From assembly GCA_902786665.1 (NCBI GenBank), contig CADADN010000058.1, positions 4,866 to 68,865 of the forward strand: DNA of 64,000 bases, given 5' to 3'. The stretch comes from an uncultured Prevotellaceae bacterium. Its GTDB lineage: Bacteria; Bacteroidota; Bacteroidia; Bacteroidales; Bacteroidaceae. The notes beneath the pieces are model-generated. The model searched no databases. It was not told the origin of the DNA and worked only from the letters and a program-made list of their open reading frames with translations. Both the position numbers and the translations under genes were made by a program. Shown here in pieces: positions 42,836 to 53,313 of the stretch (its first letter is position 1; each line of letters starts with the position of its first letter).

Positions 42836-45274
42836 ATGAGAAAGAAGAATATTTACAATGTCTTACGCAAGAGTTTGCTACTTGCCGTCATGGCATGCGG
42901 CACCTTGACAGTCAGTGCCGTGCCCGCCAAACCGGGGTTGATGCGCACCCTACAATTGGTCGACGGCACCACCGTCACCGCCCGCCTGGTGGGAGACGAG
43001 TTCGGTCATTACTGGCTTGCCAACGACGGCAAGGCCTACCAAGCCGACGCCTCCGGACGTTATTACGCCATCGACGCCTCAACAGTGAAAGCCCAAGCCA
43101 CAGCTCGCCGCAGCCAGGTCAACGCCCAGCGCGCCAAGCGCCTTGCCGCACCCCGGAAAGTGGGTTCGGTGGGCAATTACACCGGCCAGAAGAAAGGACT
43201 GATCATCCTGGTCAACTTCAAAGACGTCGCTTTCAGTTCGAAAAAGGCTCAATGGGAAAACATCGCCAACAAGAAGAACTACGTTAGCGGCAACTTCAAG
43301 GGTTCGATGTATGACTACTTCTACGCCCAGAGCGACGGAAAATTTGAACTGACGTTCGACGTGGTGGGACCAGTCACAGTGTCGCAGAACTATTCCTACT
43401 ATGGCAGAAACAAAAGCAACGGCGATGACATACACCCCGCCCAAATGGTTTGCGAGGCTTGCAAACTGGCCAAAGACTCTGTGAACTATGCCGACTACGA
43501 CTGGGACAACGACGGTTATGTCGACCAAGTCTATGTGGTGTATGCCGGCAAGGGCGAGGCCGACGGAGGCACCAGCAACACCATCTGGCCCCACGCCTGG
43601 AGCTTGGGGACGGCGGGCTACTATGGCGACGGCGACGGCATACTGACCCTTGACGGAAAGAAGGTAGACAGTTATGCCTGCGGTGGTGAGTTGAACGGAA
43701 GTTCCGGCGCCGTAGCGGGTCCCGGCACGATGTGCCATGAGTTCAGCCATTGCCTTGGCTACCCCGACTTCTACGACACCGACTACAGCGGCGGCCAGGG
43801 CATGGGCAACTGGGACCTGATGGACAGCGGCTCCTACAACGGCGACGGCTACCAACCCGCCGGCTACACCGGTTATGAGCGCTGGGTGGCAGGATGGAAG
43901 GAACCCATCGAACTGACCTACAGTCAAGCGGTGACAGGCATGAAGCCGTTGCAGGAAGGCGGCGAGTTCTACATCATCTACAACAGCGGCAACAGAAACG
44001 AATATTTCATGTTTGAGAACCGCCAGAAGGTTGGATGGGACGCCAGCCTACCCGGCAAGGGCCTCCTTATCATCCACGCGGACTACAACGCCAACGTTTG
44101 GAATAATAACGGACCCAATGACGATCCCAGCCACCAACGCATGACGTGGATACCCGCCGACAACGAATACCAATACTTTATCTATGATGGCACCAAATAT
44201 TTCACGGAGGAAGGCATGGCCAACGACCCGTTCCCCTATGGTACGGCCAAATCCTTCAGCGCAAGCACCACCCCTGCCGCCAAGTTCTACAACAAGACCG
44301 CAAGCGGTTCTTATTACATGGACTCATCCATAGAGAACATCACCCAGAACAGCAATCACACCATCTCATTCAATTTCAAAGGTCTAAGCAACGTGGCTCC
44401 CCCCACCTTCACCCCAGAGCCAGGCCAGTATGACGAGCCTGTACTCCTCAAGATGAGCAGCGAGACAGGCACCATCTACTACACCACCGACGGGACCACC
44501 CCCACCACCAGCAGCACTCCCTACACCCATACCTTCTACATCACGGAGAACACCACCGTGAAGGCCATCGCCGTGTCGAATGGCCAGCCAAGCGAAGTGG
44601 TGACCGCCGAATACACGATAGGTGCTGAGGCGAACACCTTCAAGCTTGTGAAAAAATACAACGAGTTGGAGAGCGGCAAGCGTTACATCATCGCTGCCGG
44701 AGACTACAATACAGCCGCCGGTCCATTGAAAACGAGTGGCAATGCCAGCTATCTGACACAAGTGCCAGTGACGTTGAAAGGCGACAGCATCACCCTCGAA
44801 GCAGGCAGCGACGTGCTGGTGTTCACCCTTGAGGGAAGCGGCAACAAATGGTCTGTCAAGAACAGTGTCCACGGCTATCTGTATTCCAATGCCACGAAGA
44901 GTTTGATATTCTCCAATGACAAGCCAGACACCGATTGGACGATGGAGAACCAAGTCAATGGTGTCATCATGAAATACGGTTCTTACGGCACGTTGCGTTA
45001 CAACATCCAGGCGCCACGCTTCACCACCTACACCAACAGCAGCGGCATGGCTTATGCCAACCTGTACATGGAGGTGCCCAATGGCAAGAAACGCCTGGTA
45101 GGCGATGCCAACGGCGACGGGGAAGTGAACGTGTCAGATGCGACAATCACCGTGCAGCACATCCTCACCAACCTGTCGAATGGCTTCGTCTTCTACAATG
45201 CCGACGTCAACGAGGATGGCCATGTCATCATCACCGACGTCACAGCCATTGTCGGAATCATCCTTGGCATGTGA
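42836..45274 (+). CDS. M6-family (immune inhibitor A-like) metalloprotease with FN3-associated domain and C-terminal dockerin-like module
   Basis: GDEFGHY prodomain; CHEFSHCLGYPDFYD, WDLMDSGSYN; IYYTTDGTTP; GDANGDGEVNVSD...ADVNEDGHVIITD; promoter element at 42779-42786. Confidence 0.9.
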   Translation: MRKKNIYNVLRKSLLLAVMACGTLTVSAVPAKPGLMRTLQLVDGTTVTARLVGDEFGHYWLANDGKAYQADASGRYYAIDASTVKAQATARRSQVNAQRAKRLAAPRKVGSVGNYTGQKKGLIILVNFKDVAFSSKKAQWENIANKKNYVSGNFKGSMYDYFYAQSDGKFELTFDVVGPVTVSQNYSYYGRNKSNGDDIHPAQMVCEACKLAKDSVNYADYDWDNDGYVDQVYVVYAGKGEADGGTSNTIWPHAWSLGTAGYYGDGDGILTLDGKKVDSYACGGELNGSSGAVAGPGTMCHEFSHCLGYPDFYDTDYSGGQGMGNWDLMDSGSYNGDGYQPAGYTGYERWVAGWKEPIELTYSQAVTGMKPLQEGGEFYIIYNSGNRNEYFMFENRQKVGWDASLPGKGLLIIHADYNANVWNNNGPNDDPSHQRMTWIPADNEYQYFIYDGTKYFTEEGMANDPFPYGTAKSFSASTTPAAKFYNKTASGSYYMDSSIENITQNSNHTISFNFKGLSNVAPPTFTPEPGQYDEPVLLKMSSETGTIYYTTDGTTPTTSSTPYTHTFYITENTTVKAIAVSNGQPSEVVTAEYTIGAEANTFKLVKKYNELESGKRYIIAAGDYNTAAGPLKTSGNASYLTQVPVTLKGDSITLEAGSDVLVFTLEGSGNKWSVKNSVHGYLYSNATKSLIFSNDKPDTDWTMENQVNGVIMKYGSYGTLRYNIQAPRFTTYTNSSGMAYANLYMEVPNGKKRLVGDANGDGEVNVSDATITVQHILTNLSNGFVFYNADVNEDGHVIITDVTAIVGIILGM

Positions 45275-45305
45275 TTCCAACAGAGTTGCAATATCCACAT
45301 CCATA

Positions 45306-45344
45306 CAGGGGCCGACGTAATGCGTCGGCCCCTGGTGTTTTCTT
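45306..45344 (+). terminator. Intrinsic terminator (REP-like stem)
   Basis: CAGGGGCCGACG / CGTCGGCCCCTG followed by GTGTTTTCTT. Confidence 0.7.
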
Positions 45345-45472
45345 GCGGCAATGTGAGGAAAAGGGCAAAAAAGCTGTTTTTGTACCAAAAAAGGCGACGA
45401 AAGCCCTTTTTGACTTGTATAATCCGACAAAGAAGTGTAATTTTGCATACTGACACCATCAAACGACACGAA

Positions 45473-46072
45473 ATGGAGAAAAAGAACAAGTACATCGTGG
45501 CGGCGTACAAGATGTATGCCGACATCAACGGCGAGCACCAACTGTTGGAAGACACCCCCGAGGACCAGCCCTTCTGGTTCATCAGCGACATGGGCATGGC
45601 CCTCCCGCAATTCGACGCCGAACTCTCGTCCATGCACACAAGCGACACATTCGACTTCGTCATCGCCAAAGCCTTTGGAGAGAATGAAGACCATCCGGAG
45701 AACGAGGTAGACCTCCCCAAAAGCATCTTCATGAGCGATGGGAAGTTGGACGAGTCTGTCGTCCACATAGGAGCCGTCATCCCCGTGAGCAATGGCGAAG
45801 GCAACCGCTTCAACGCGCTGATATTGGAAATCGGCGAGCAGACGGTCAAGGTGGCCCTCAACCATCCGTTGGCCGGCCTCGACCTTCACTTCGTCGGGAA
45901 GGTACTGGAGAGTCGTCCCGCCACGGAGAAAGAGATAGACCAAGTGGTGGCATTTCTCAGCAGAGGCTGTGGCGGTTGCGGCGGCAGTGGCGGTTGTGAA
46001 AGCTGCGGCGGCTGCGGAGAGAACGATGGCGGCTGCGGTGAAGGCGGCTGCGGCGGTTGTGGTGGCAGTTAA
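45473..46072 (+). CDS. slyD: FKBP-type peptidyl-prolyl isomerase, SlyD-like, with Cys/Gly-rich tail
   Basis: PFWFISDMG, AFGE, LNHPLAGLDLHF.GKV..SRPAT.KEI; promoter element at 45438-45445. Confidence 0.85.
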   Translation: MEKKNKYIVAAYKMYADINGEHQLLEDTPEDQPFWFISDMGMALPQFDAELSSMHTSDTFDFVIAKAFGENEDHPENEVDLPKSIFMSDGKLDESVVHIGAVIPVSNGEGNRFNALILEIGEQTVKVALNHPLAGLDLHFVGKVLESRPATEKEIDQVVAFLSRGCGGCGGSGGCESCGGCGENDGGCGEGGCGGCGGS

Positions 46073-46084
46073 ATAGGTGGAGAG

Positions 46085-47164
46085 ATGCGAAACACGTTTG
46101 GAAACATTTTCACCTTGACCACGTTTGGCGAAAGCCATGGCCTTGCCGTGGGGGGTGTCATCGACGGGATGCCCCCCGGCGTTTCCGTAGACATGGCTTT
46201 CATCCAGCATGAGTTGGACCGCCGCCGTCCCGGCCAAAGCGACCTCACCACTTCTCGCCAAGAGGCAGACCGTGTGGAACTGCTGAGCGGCGTGTTCGAA
46301 GGAAAGACCACCGGCGCCCCCATCGGCTTCATCGTGCGCAACACCAACCATCATTCCCAAGACTACGAGAACCTCAGATGCCTCTTCCGACCCTCCCATG
46401 CCGACTATACCTACCATAAAAAGTATGGTATTCGCGACCATCGCGGAGGTGGGCGTACATCAGCGCGAACGACCATTTCCCGTTGCGTAGGAGGGGCATT
46501 CGCAAAGTTGGTGCTGAATGAGCTCGGCATCCGTGTTCGCGCCTACACCTCCCAGGTGGGCGACATCGCCCTTTCGCCCGACTACCACCTCTACGACCTT
46601 GACAAGGCAGAGGAGAATGCCGTGAGATGCCCCGACCCAGAGAAGGCCGAGGAGATGGCCTGTCTCATCCGCGAGGTGAAGTCTTCAGGCGACACCATCG
46701 GCGGCATCATCACGTGCGTGGTGACCGGTTGCCCCGCCGGGATGGGCGAGCCGGAGTTCGACAAGTTGCATGCCGCCTTGGGAGGTGCCATGCTCGGCAT
46801 CAATGCGGTGAAAGGCTTCGAATATGGCGAAGGCTTCTCCAGCGCATTGCGCCGTGGCAGCGAACTCAACGACCCTTTTGCGTACGAAACGGGCAAGGTG
46901 GTGACTACGACGAACCACAGCGGTGGTGTCCAGGGTGGCGTGAGCAACGGCCAGGACATCTATTTCCGAGTGGCTTTCAAACCCGTGGCGACCATCCTTC
47001 AAGAGCAGTCGACCATCGACCTTGAAGGCAATCCCACCACGATGAAAGCTCGCGGTCGACATGACCCTTGCGTGCTGCCCCGAGCGGTGCCCATCGTGGA
47101 AGCGATGGCAGCAATGGTGATACTCGACCACTACTTGCTTCAAAAAACCGTAATTTGTGAGTGA
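46085..47164 (+). CDS. aroC: Chorismate synthase
   Basis: [42 protein letters not shown]. Confidence 0.97.
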   Translation: MRNTFGNIFTLTTFGESHGLAVGGVIDGMPPGVSVDMAFIQHELDRRRPGQSDLTTSRQEADRVELLSGVFEGKTTGAPIGFIVRNTNHHSQDYENLRCLFRPSHADYTYHKKYGIRDHRGGGRTSARTTISRCVGGAFAKLVLNELGIRVRAYTSQVGDIALSPDYHLYDLDKAEENAVRCPDPEKAEEMACLIREVKSSGDTIGGIITCVVTGCPAGMGEPEFDKLHAALGGAMLGINAVKGFEYGEGFSSALRRGSELNDPFAYETGKVVTTTNHSGGVQGGVSNGQDIYFRVAFKPVATILQEQSTIDLEGNPTTMKARGRHDPCVLPRAVPIVEAMAAMVILDHYLLQKTVICE

Positions 47165-47268
47165 TAGGTTTACAAACATCCCCTACGATTGTTAACAAAT
47201 CTAAAAGTAAGGAAAAAAATTCACAAAAGAGCAAAGGAAAGAGAAAGAAATTAATATATTTGCAATCG

Positions 47269-47366
47269 ATTAATCGGACTTTGTGAAAAATCTGATTAGT
47301 TTAGTTAAGTCTAGTTTAGTTTTTGTGTTGGTTGAGGGCAGCGATTGCTGCCCTCAAATTTTTTTT
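47269..47366 (+). ncRNA. Candidate small RNA (own promoter, U-rich body, intrinsic terminator)
   Basis: TATATTTG at 47255-47262; no ORF; hairpin TTGAGGGCAGC/GCTGCCCTCAA plus T8; 5' end estimated. Confidence 0.55.
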
Positions 47367-47586
47367 AGGAGTCAAAGGGGAGTTTTTTTCTGGAGTTAAA
47401 GAGGAGTTAAAGGGGAGTTAAAAAGGAGTTAAAGAGGAGTTAAAGGGGAGTTTTTTCAGGAGTTAAAGAGGAGTTAAAGGGGAGTTAAAAAGGAGTTAAA
47501 GAGGAGTTAAAGGGGAGTTAAAAAGGAGTTAAAAAGGAGTTAAAGGGACATATGTTTACTTTTGGGAGTTAAAGGGTCATATGTTC
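47367..47586 (-). repeat. 11-mer array element, family copy 5, directly downstream of pyrD
   Basis: About 15 GGAGTTAAA-core units ending in AAAGGGACATATGTT and AAAGGGTCATATGTT. Confidence 0.92.
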
Positions 47587-48490
47587 ATACCACCCCCACA
47601 ATTTCCTTGACACTTTTACAGCCGTGGTCGTCCAGCCATTGGTTGATGCCGTCGCGGATGCGCACGGTCACTGTAGGATCGAGGAAATTGGCCGTCCCCA
47701 CCTCGATGGCCGTAGCCCCCGCCATGAGGAATTCTATGGCATCCTCAGCCGTACAGATGCCGCCCAGGCCTACCACAGGTATGCTCACCGCCTTTGCCAC
47801 CTGCCAGACCATCCTCACGGCAACAGGTTTCACCGCCGGCCCTGACAGTCCTCCTGTCCCTATGCTGAGCCGGGACTTTCTCTTCTCGATGTCGATGCTC
47901 ATTCCCATGAGCGTGTTGATGAGAGAGACGCTGTCGGCGCCTTCCGCCTCACACGCCCTTGCGATGTCGGCGATGTTCGTGACATTGGGCGAGAGTTTGA
48001 CGATGAGGGTCTTGTGGTATCGTTCCCTGACGGCTTTGACCACCGTTGCCGCCCCCTCCGTGGTCACTCCGAAAGCCATCCCTCCCTGCCGCACATTGGG
48101 ACAGGAGATGTTGAGTTCGATGGCTGGGATTTGCTCCAAAGCATCGATACGTGCTGCACACTCCGCATAGTCCTCAGGAGAGGAACCGCTGACATTGACT
48201 ATCACATTCGTGTCGATGTCGCGCACCAGCGGGTAGATATGGTTGCAGAAATGGTCCACCCCCTTGTTTTGCAGTCCCACGCAGTTGAGCATCCCCATGG
48301 CAGTCTCCGCCATCCTCGGGTATGCATTCCCCTGACGAGGCTTCAAGGTGGTCCCTTTGACAATGATTCCCCCCAATAGTGAGAGGTCTATGAAATCAGC
48401 AAACTCCAGTCCATATCCGAAGGTACCGGAAGCCGTCATCACCGGGTTCTTCAGTTCCAATGATTTTATTTTTACATTCAGATGGGCCAT
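47585..48490 (-). CDS. pyrD: Dihydroorotate dehydrogenase family 1B, catalytic subunit
   Basis: [32 protein letters not shown]. Confidence 0.96.
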   Translation of the reverse strand: MAHLNVKIKSLELKNPVMTASGTFGYGLEFADFIDLSLLGGIIVKGTTLKPRQGNAYPRMAETAMGMLNCVGLQNKGVDHFCNHIYPLVRDIDTNVIVNVSGSSPEDYAECAARIDALEQIPAIELNISCPNVRQGGMAFGVTTEGAATVVKAVRERYHKTLIVKLSPNVTNIADIARACEAEGADSVSLINTLMGMSIDIEKRKSRLSIGTGGLSGPAVKPVAVRMVWQVAKAVSIPVVGLGGICTAEDAIEFLMAGATAIEVGTANFLDPTVTVRIRDGINQWLDDHGCKSVKEIVGVV

Positions 48491-49254
48491 AACAATTGAT
48501 TAATATTTAACACCGGTCCTTGTTTGCACACACAAATATTTCCCTCCTTGGTTTCCTCCACACAGCACAGGCATGCTCCCAGTCCGCAGGCCATCATGTT
48601 TTCCAGCGACACTTCGCAGTCGATGCCATGGCTTTTGGCATAACGCGCCACCGCAACCATCATAGGTTTCGGTCCGCAGGTGCAAATACGGTCGAACCGC
48701 TCCTTCTCAAGTATGGAATGCTGCGTGACGAACCCTTTCTCCCCGGCTGTGTCGTCCTCGGTGGTGACGAACACCCTTCCGAGGCGTTTGAAATGGTCGA
48801 GCATCACCAGGTCGGAAGCCGTTCGGGCACCTAGTATGAAAGATGGCTCACATCCCGTTTCCAGCAATTTTTCACCCAAGAAGAGTAAAGGAGCGACCCC
48901 AACGCCGCCCCCGATGAGCAGCACTTTCTCATCAGCATCCCGGGGAATGGAAAAACCGTTGCCCAGGGGTATTATGCAGTTGAGCAGATCCCCTCTTCGC
49001 AGTGTTGCCAAGCGGGAAGTGCCCTTTCCAACCACCGCGACGAGAAACCACACCTCATTGTGCTCCTTATCGAGGAAATTGATGGAAATGGGTCGCCTTA
49101 GGAAAGTGTCAGGCGAGCCATCCACCCTCAGTTCAGCAAACTGCCCAGGCACCATGTCGGGCAGTTGTTCATCGGCGGTGAGACGCAACAGTACATACCT
49201 GTTTCCCAACGGCTGAGCCGCCACCACCTTCAGGTCTAACATATATTTCTTCAT
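48478..49254 (-). CDS. pyrK: Dihydroorotate dehydrogenase electron-transfer subunit
   Basis: [32 protein letters not shown]...VCKQGPV; promoter element at 49261-49268. Confidence 0.95.
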   Translation of the reverse strand: MKKYMLDLKVVAAQPLGNRYVLLRLTADEQLPDMVPGQFAELRVDGSPDTFLRRPISINFLDKEHNEVWFLVAVVGKGTSRLATLRRGDLLNCIIPLGNGFSIPRDADEKVLLIGGGVGVAPLLFLGEKLLETGCEPSFILGARTASDLVMLDHFKRLGRVFVTTEDDTAGEKGFVTQHSILEKERFDRICTCGPKPMMVAVARYAKSHGIDCEVSLENMMACGLGACLCCVEETKEGNICVCKQGPVLNINQLLWPI

Positions 49255-49303
49255 CAGTTGCAAAAGTAATCAAAAAAAGTGAGAAAGCCACGCCAGCAGG
49301 CAC

Positions 49304-49342
49304 AAAAAAACTACGGGCGCTCACCTGCAAGCGAGGCCCGTA
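49304..49342 (-). terminator. Intrinsic terminator after the HTH gene
   Basis: TACGGGC / GCCCGTA stem preceded on + by an A-tract. Confidence 0.6.
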
Positions 49343-49460
49343 ATCCGAAGAAATGTTATCCATTTAGAAAACATCGACGTTGAGGCTAAATCTCGAAGCC
49401 TACTTACGCCCAATAAAAATAATTGATTGATTGGAAATGTATATTAATAGAATATGTGTG

Positions 49461-49919
49461 CTATATTTTCAATTTACCTGGAACGAAAGTCTCATAGTGT
49501 CCGTCATCAAACAGAATGGTGACCACTTGAACCCTGTATTTCGCTTTGTCAGGATTTTTCGAAGCATCTTCACCATCCAAGGTCAATGCGACAGTTTTCT
49601 TTCCCCTTTGAGCAACCTGTGAATCATTACCGGCTACACGCTCTTCGGCAGGGGCTTCAGCCCCTTTAGGCTGCGTTCCAACTTGCTCACCAGTTGGGCT
49701 TTTGGCATCATCTACATACATATCTCCGACACCGTCGATCAGCCAACTATAACTGATATTGGGAACTTTCTCCTTGATGAGCGCCACGGTGCTCAGGGTA
49801 GGGTTTGTACGACCATTGAAAATGCTACTCAGGATGGATGCAGATATACCGAGAAACTTTGCGAAGTCCCCCTGGCTCATATTCAAATCCTTCATTATGG
49901 CCTTGATCCTATCCTTCAT
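49461..49919 (-). CDS. XRE/Cro-C1 helix-turn-helix DNA-binding protein
   Basis: MSQGDFAKFLGIS.SILSSIFNGRTNPTL, WLIDGVGDM; promoter element at 49975-49982. Confidence 0.88.
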   Translation of the reverse strand: MKDRIKAIMKDLNMSQGDFAKFLGISASILSSIFNGRTNPTLSTVALIKEKVPNISYSWLIDGVGDMYVDDAKSPTGEQVGTQPKGAEAPAEERVAGNDSQVAQRGKKTVALTLDGEDASKNPDKAKYRVQVVTILFDDGHYETFVPGKLKI

Positions 49920-50698
49920 TATAGCTGTTGTTAATAGGTAGAAGTCGTATTTCCCTTATTTTTCTAAGATTTTACAAAGGTAAACACTTTTTTTGAAACA
50001 TGCAAGCGTTTTGGCAAAAAAATTCGTCAATTGCAATTTGAATATCAAAATTTAAAATAGTGCAAAAATTTTAATTTCAAAACTCAAAATAGCCCAAACC
50101 AGAACCACCAAATAAATAGGTCTGAAAACATAACTATCCTTTACTTGAACCATTTTAGTTAATTAATTGGGTATCTATTAGTTACTTATATATACAAAGA
50201 GCATATTCACCGCAAAACTGACAAAAACAGGCGAAAAACGGTGTTTTTCCATTACTTTTACTTTAACGCACATACATATAATACTGAGTTTATGCACTTT
50301 AGAACAAACTTATTCGTCTGTATATTTATTCATTCGGGTTTTGAAATTCAAAATTTTGAAATTCGAATTTGCCTTTTGAAAGTCGAATTGATTTTGATTT
50401 CAAGTTTTAAAACTCAAATTAATTCGACTTTTGAAACGTCAAATTTCAGTTTGAGTTTTCGAATTTCGGGAATGTGAACGTTAAATATCATTAAAGCACC
50501 TTGTCACCTCCCTGAAAACACGGAAAAATCCGCGTTTTTCCTGTTTTCCCCACGACCGTTCAGACAAATTGGAAAAACGCGAGTTTTGAAGCCCTCAAAA
50601 AGGGCCGAAATTGTTGCAACCTTGAATTTTAGGGTACGAAAAACGCCCCATGGGAAAGGGGCGTTCCAGAAGCGGGAAAGGGCAAAAAAAGGGTGTTT

Positions 50699-51721
50699 TT
50701 AGTGCAAAATGAAGTAGACAAGTTGCTTGAGAAGGTCTCCTGGGGAGGTGCTGGGGTTGCCCACACCCTTGCTTTTCGCATCAGTTTCCCTTATTTCATG
50801 GATGATTTGCATTGTTTTGACAGCATTGTATGTTTTGATGGCCTTGACATAGTCTTTCGCGGCCCACTCCGACTTCATTCCGAGAGCCATCGCCACTCCC
50901 CTCTCCGAGTTCTTGTCTTTGGCATAATGTGCGACCATGAGGTTTTGGAAGAAAGTGAAGAGAGCAGGCAGGAAAGAGTACAGCGAAGCCGTCTTTGGGT
51001 TTTTGTCAATATAATTTACTATCCTGTTGGCTTTCACCACATCCCTTTCGATCAGGGCGTTTTTGAGTTCGAAGGCGTTGTATTCCTTGCTGATGCCTAT
51101 TTTCTGCTCCACCAGTTCACAAGTCACCACCCTGTTGTCTTCCGGCAGCGAGATGAGCGTCTTGTCGATTTCAGACGCCACCCTCGCCAGATCGTTGCCG
51201 ATGAAGTCGGCCACCATCTGTTTCGCCTTTGCCTCTATGGTGGCCCCTTTCTCCTTCACGTAGTTGTCAATAAAGGTGGGCACCAAGTAGTCTTTCATCT
51301 TTTCGCTTTTGAACACCACCCCAAGCGCAGCCGCCTTTGTCATGAACTTCTTTCTGGCATCGATGGTGCCCTGCTTGTAGCACAAGACGAGGATGGTGGA
51401 CATCAAAGGTTTCTCCAGGTAGGCATCGAGGCGGTCCCAGCTCTTGACATTCTGTGCCTCCTTGACAATGACGACCTGATGCTCCGCCATCATCGGGAAC
51501 CGTTTGGCCATGTCGATGACCTGAGCAGCATTGGTATCCAGTCCATAAACCACGGTCTGGTTGAAGTCGCGCTCCTCCGGAGCCATGACATTGTTTTCGA
51601 TATAGTCACTCACCTTATCTATATAATAAGGCTCATCTCCCATAAGGATGTATATGGGATAGTATTTCCTTGCGGCAAGGTCGCGCATGATGGAGTCGTA
51701 GGTGTGCTTTGCTGCTGCCAT
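50699..51721 (-). CDS. holA: DNA polymerase III delta subunit
   Basis: IYILMGDEPYYID, ERDFNQTVVYG, FPMMAEHQVVIVKEAQ, GISKEYNAFEL, DAKSKG. Confidence 0.93.
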   Translation of the reverse strand: MAAAKHTYDSIMRDLAARKYYPIYILMGDEPYYIDKVSDYIENNVMAPEERDFNQTVVYGLDTNAAQVIDMAKRFPMMAEHQVVIVKEAQNVKSWDRLDAYLEKPLMSTILVLCYKQGTIDARKKFMTKAAALGVVFKSEKMKDYLVPTFIDNYVKEKGATIEAKAKQMVADFIGNDLARVASEIDKTLISLPEDNRVVTCELVEQKIGISKEYNAFELKNALIERDVVKANRIVNYIDKNPKTASLYSFLPALFTFFQNLMVAHYAKDKNSERGVAMALGMKSEWAAKDYVKAIKTYNAVKTMQIIHEIRETDAKSKGVGNPSTSPGDLLKQLVYFILH

Positions 51722-51775
51722 AGGTGTGATAATGAAAAAAGGTGAAAATCCTTTCGTTCTATGTCAGGATTTTAT

Positions 51776-51796
51776 TATCTTTGCAGTGCAAAGGTA
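51776..51796. promoter_or_regulatory. Two face-to-face Bacteroidota -7 elements
   Basis: TATCTTTG on + (51776-51783) and TACCTTTG on - (51789-51796). Confidence 0.6.
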
Positions 51797-51847
51797 GTGA
51801 AAGCTGAACGGAATACAAAATGAATCCTTTCATTTTTATTACCAAGG

Positions 51848-51917
51848 CTAGGAAAACTAGAAACACTAGAAACATTAGAAACACTAGGAATACTAGAAAC
51901 ACCAGGAAACCAGAAAC
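51848..51917 (+). repeat. Degenerate 9-mer (ACTAGAAAC)n array in a predicted 5' UTR
   Basis: About 8 units read directly. Confidence 0.85.
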
Positions 51918-51945
51918 ACAAGTAAAGCCAGAAGCCCTGCTCCCC

Positions 51946-52395
51946 ATGCAAGTCCTGAATCTCCCTCCTTACGCAGCCAAGGTCACTTGTCGTGATGGCA
52001 AGCGTATGATTTTCGACAAGCTCCGTCGGAAATACGTTTCGCTGACTCCCGAGGAGTGGGTTCGCCAGCATTTCGTCAACTACCTGACCGTCCATATGGG
52101 CTATCCTTCATCGATGCTTGCCAACGAGGTAGAGTTGAGCATCGGCCAGAAGCGCCTTCGTTGCGACAGCGTCCTCTACGGTCTTCGTGCCGAGCCACGC
52201 ATGATCATCGAGTACAAGGCCCCCACCGTTTCTCTGACGCAGAAGGTGTTCGACCAGATATCTGTTTACAACCTCCTGCTCCATGTGGACTATCTCATAG
52301 TGAGCAATGGCTTGCTTCACTACTGTTGCAAGATGGATTACGACAATCAAAAATATTTATTCTTGGAAGGTATTCCTAGTTACGAAAACATTTAA
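51946..52395 (+). CDS. Stand-alone HsdR N-terminal-like (HSDR_N_2) PD-(D/E)xK domain protein
   Basis: [27 protein letters not shown]....IIEYKAP, VSNG. Confidence 0.85.
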   Translation: MQVLNLPPYAAKVTCRDGKRMIFDKLRRKYVSLTPEEWVRQHFVNYLTVHMGYPSSMLANEVELSIGQKRLRCDSVLYGLRAEPRMIIEYKAPTVSLTQKVFDQISVYNLLLHVDYLIVSNGLLHYCCKMDYDNQKYLFLEGIPSYENI

Positions 52396-52414
52396 CAAAA
52401 TAAGAATTATATTT

Positions 52415-53224
52415 ATGGGCATATTCAAATGGATTGGCGGCATATTGGGTTTCATGCTGTGCCCTCCCCTTGGGGCATTGGTTGGCATATTCATCGGTGG
52501 CATCATCGACTCCATAAGCGAAGGTTCCGGTGATGGCAGCAGTTATGACAACCAAGGCACCTATGGCGGGACAGACCAAGGGCAGCGCAACAGTTTCTTG
52601 TTCTCCATGCTTGTGTTGGCATCCTACATCATCCGCGCCGATGGCAAGGTGATGCACTCCGAGATGGAATACGTCAGAGCGTTCCTCAGGCAGAATTTCG
52701 GCGAGGCGGCAGCCCAGCAAGGCAATCAGATCATGCTCAAGCTCTTCGACCAATTCAAAGAGTGGAACGCCCAAGGCTCCGGAGTCGCCAGCAAGAAGAT
52801 TCGGGAGATATGTGCCCAGATAGCCCGCAACCTGGACTATAGCGCACGTCTTCAATTGTTGGCGTTCCTCGTGGAGTTGGCCAAGGCCGACGGCTCCGTC
52901 CCCGACACAGAGATTACCGCCCTTTACGAGGTAGCCCGGAATCTTGGTTTGCAAACCAGCGACGTAGACTCCATGCTCAGCATGAATTATAACAACGGAG
53001 GCAGCAGCAGTAGCCAAGGGACACTCGAGGATGCATACAAAGTGCTCGGTGTCTCTCCAAACGCCACCGACGAGGAATTGAAGAAAGCCTATCGCAAACT
53101 TGCTCTCGAGCATCATCCCGACCGTGTCTCCGCCCTTGGCGAGGATGTGCGTCGTGCCGCAGAGAAGAAGTTCCAAGAGATCAACGCCGCCAAAGAGAAG
53201 ATTTGGAAAGCTCGCGGGCTGTAA
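52415..53224 (+). CDS. DjlA-like membrane co-chaperone (TM, TerB-like domain, J-domain)
   Basis: Gly-rich TM; [11 protein letters not shown] and AKADG; AYKVLGV...[14 protein letters not shown]. Confidence 0.9.
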   Translation: MGIFKWIGGILGFMLCPPLGALVGIFIGGIIDSISEGSGDGSSYDNQGTYGGTDQGQRNSFLFSMLVLASYIIRADGKVMHSEMEYVRAFLRQNFGEAAAQQGNQIMLKLFDQFKEWNAQGSGVASKKIREICAQIARNLDYSARLQLLAFLVELAKADGSVPDTEITALYEVARNLGLQTSDVDSMLSMNYNNGGSSSSQGTLEDAYKVLGVSPNATDEELKKAYRKLALEHHPDRVSALGEDVRRAAEKKFQEINAAKEKIWKARGL

Positions 53225-53245
53225 GCCTATAGGAATTGGAAATAG

Positions 53246-53293
53246 AAAGAGACATCCGGGTCACCATGCAAGATGCCCCGGATGTCTCTTTTT
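53246..53293. terminator. Bidirectional intrinsic terminator
   Basis: AAAGAGACATCCGGG / CCCGGATGTCTCTTT. Confidence 0.8.
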
Positions 53294-53313
53294 CATATGC
53301 GGCGAAATTGTGC

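Noticed and set aside
50123-50150. dif-like site (minus strand GTTCAAGTAAA-GGATAG-TTATGTTTTCA) or oriC in the AT-rich gap
   Set aside because: Only TTATGT matches the XerD arm, no DnaA-box cluster is seen, and third-position strand bias looks similar on both sides by eye. A skew computation would settle it.
51820-51945. N-terminal extension (TRNTRNIRN...) of the HsdR-N-like ORF
   Set aside because: It is the 9-mer array read in frame; the family-like sequence begins at MQVLNLP.
51946-52395. Type I restriction-modification or defence system
   Set aside because: Only a short HsdR-N-like domain is present, with no hsdM, hsdS or helicase; the neighbouring TerB-J protein looks like housekeeping DjlA.
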